From: Macrostomum hystrix
Taxonomy: Eukaryota > Animalia > Platyhelminthes
Assembly (NCBI GenBank): GCA_950097015.1
Contig: CATNEN010000038.1
Span: forward strand, 10,850,001 to 10,914,000
Direction of reading: 5' to 3'
DNA length: 64,000 nt
Position 1 is the first letter of the stretch. The number at the start of each line of letters is the position of its first letter. The position numbers and the translations under genes are program-made. This document shows positions 62,406 through 64,000 of this stretch, piece by piece. Below the pieces are notes generated by a model. That model worked only from the letters and a program-made list of their open reading frames with translations, was not told the DNA's origin and did no database searches.

Positions 62406-63165
62406 GTGCTGAGTGAATTGTTTCAAATATAAAGTTAAAAAATGTGAAGCCAAAAAGTCTAGAAAATAATCAATTCCATTTGTCAACATAAGCCCTGTCA
62501 ATGTAACCGTAAAGATGACAAATGATTGGTACACATGCGTGACATGTGGGCGTTGCGAATGCGATATAGATACATAGAAGTTGTGGAATTATGAAGATAG
62601 ATTGAGAACGAACAATGGAATTGCACGTAGATGATACAGATTTATTAATAATTATAATTATTTATACCAGGTACACAGTTTTATGAAGAAGAGGTCAAGC
62701 TTTTGACATAAAATCTACGCAAACATACAGCAGCTGATTAATGTTTTTTTATTAGCATAAAAATAACAAAAGCTAACTGCACTACTGATATTAGCTAGTG
62801 AGTAGCAAAGAGCGATTCTATTTCACAAAGATGGACAAATATTAATTATGGAGAAAATGACATTTTACGATCGTTCTCGAAATTTTGGCGGAATTAACAA
62901 CAACAAGAACAAAAAAATAAAGAGAAATGAGTAATTAAACGAATCAGTACCGAATGATAAAAAACAGTAATAATAACAATGCAACAGAAGACATTTAGGT
63001 CGCCATTTGACTGATTGTTTAATAAAATAACAGTTTGTAAGTAAAAAATGAATATTTTTGCACGCCGAATCAACTACTGGTGAAATGTTCGCAATTCGAG
63101 TAGTATGTACACACAAAAGTAGTCTATTTTCCCAAAACAAAAAAACTGACAGTCAGCCAGCAAAC

Positions 63166-64000
63166 TCAAGCGAGTCGAGGCCGCTTCGGTGATCCGGCCT
63201 GTCCGAGAACTGATATTGACGAAGAATTCGAGGGAATTGCGATCCGACCGGCTGTTGACAATGTCTGCGAAACCTGCTGCTGACTGGCCGGAGGTCCGGG
63301 CTGAAGCGACACGGTGATGCGGGGTGGCTGGCCAGCGCCAGACACCGCAGTCTGATTCGTCGTCGCCGCCGCCGCCGAAGCAATCGAAGCCGAGGTCGCC
63401 GTAGCCGCTGACGATGTTGACGAAGTTGCCGACGCGCCAGTAGCTGTTTTGACGCGAATCGCTGGCGGCTCTTCGGCAGCTTCGGCAGCCGCAGCCGCGG
63501 CCGCAGCCGCCGCAGCCGACGCGCCGGTATTCGGGACTGCGCCGGCGGCTTCGAAGCCGCGAGTGTCGGGCAGCTCAGCCGGGTCCAGACGGAACTCGGC
63601 CATGACAGCCAGCGGACTCAGGGCCAGGTAGTCAGCGACCCGGTGCTCGACCAGGTAAAACAGGTATTCATCGTGTAGCAGGCGCAGCAGGTGAAAGCTG
63701 CCAAAGCTAGCGGCGGAGCGCAGGGTGAGGTCCCTGATGACCAAGGAGGCGTACAGGCTCCACTTCAGCAGGAGGTGCCGGGCAGCCCTGGCCAACAGCT
63801 CGGTGTCCTCGTGCGGCGCCAGAGCGGAGGTGACCGCGGATTCGAGCCAGTCGGCCCACTGCTCTAGCGAGCTGCCGTCGCGTAGAAGACGCTTGAAGTC
63901 CGACTGCAGCTGGTCAACTGCGGCGCTGCTGCATCCGCTGACCCAGCCGGCCTGCTCGTGTACTGTGCTCAGGTCGACACGACTCAGGTCGGTGAGCATT
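63166..64000 (-). CDS. RFX: RFX transcription factor (RFX1/2/3/DAF-19 group), last exon with dimerisation domain. 5' part lies beyond the window.
   Basis: MLTDLSRVD..VHEQAGWV..SLEQWADWL..LLKWSLYASLVIRDLTLRSAASFGSFHLLRLLHDEYLFYLVEHRVA. Confidence 0.95.
   Translation of the reverse strand, partial: MLTDLSRVDLSTVHEQAGWVSGCSSAAVDQLQSDFKRLLRDGSSLEQWADWLESAVTSALAPHEDTELLARAARHLLLKWSLYASLVIRDLTLRSAASFGSFHLLRLLHDEYLFYLVEHRVADYLALSPLAVMAEFRLDPAELPDTRGFEAAGAVPNTGASAAAAAAAAAAAEAAEEPPAIRVKTATGASATSSTSSAATATSASIASAAAATTNQTAVSGAGQPPRITVSLQPGPPASQQQVSQTLSTAGRIAIPSNSSSISVLGQAGSPKRPRLA

Noticed and set aside
60357-62534. Repetitive minus-strand ORFs
   Set aside because: Translation of the 57-bp satellite.
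20462-64000. Functional 'cilia/microtubule cluster' of MZT2, beta-tubulin and RFX
   Set aside because: The genes are interspersed with unrelated ones and no shared regulatory motif was seen, so chance neighbourhood is sufficient.

Overview
Eukaryotic (animal) genomic DNA, with GC-rich exons, poly-Q/poly-A tracts, GT-AG introns and many intronic minisatellites. The style suggests a free-living flatworm such as Macrostomum, but that is inference only. Spliced host genes that can be assembled from the sequence: an Ig-superfamily (Dscam-like) receptor (5' two exons, minus strand), a MATH/BTB/BACK-like protein, a MZT2/MOZART2-like microprotein, a SMARCE1/BAF57-like HMG protein, a divergent beta-tubulin, GMP synthase (first two exons tandemly duplicated within a 4.6-kb segment), a ChaC gamma-glutamylcyclotransferase and the last exon of an RFX factor. 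The region 35-46 kb is a nest of mobile elements. The most striking item there is an apparently intact, intron-containing 484-aa Crypton/DUF3504-type tyrosine recombinase. It lies head-to-head with a decayed NOF/MULE-like DDE transposase plus cysteine-protease gene, and the two are separated by a ~120-bp hairpin whose arm motif recurs at the far end of the recombinase gene. The window also holds two tRNA-derived SINE families (one with a CORE-like domain), hAT-type and MULE-type MITEs with target-site duplications, an RNase H-containing LINE, and about 20 different tandem-repeat arrays. No rRNA, bona fide tRNA or CRISPR array was seen.
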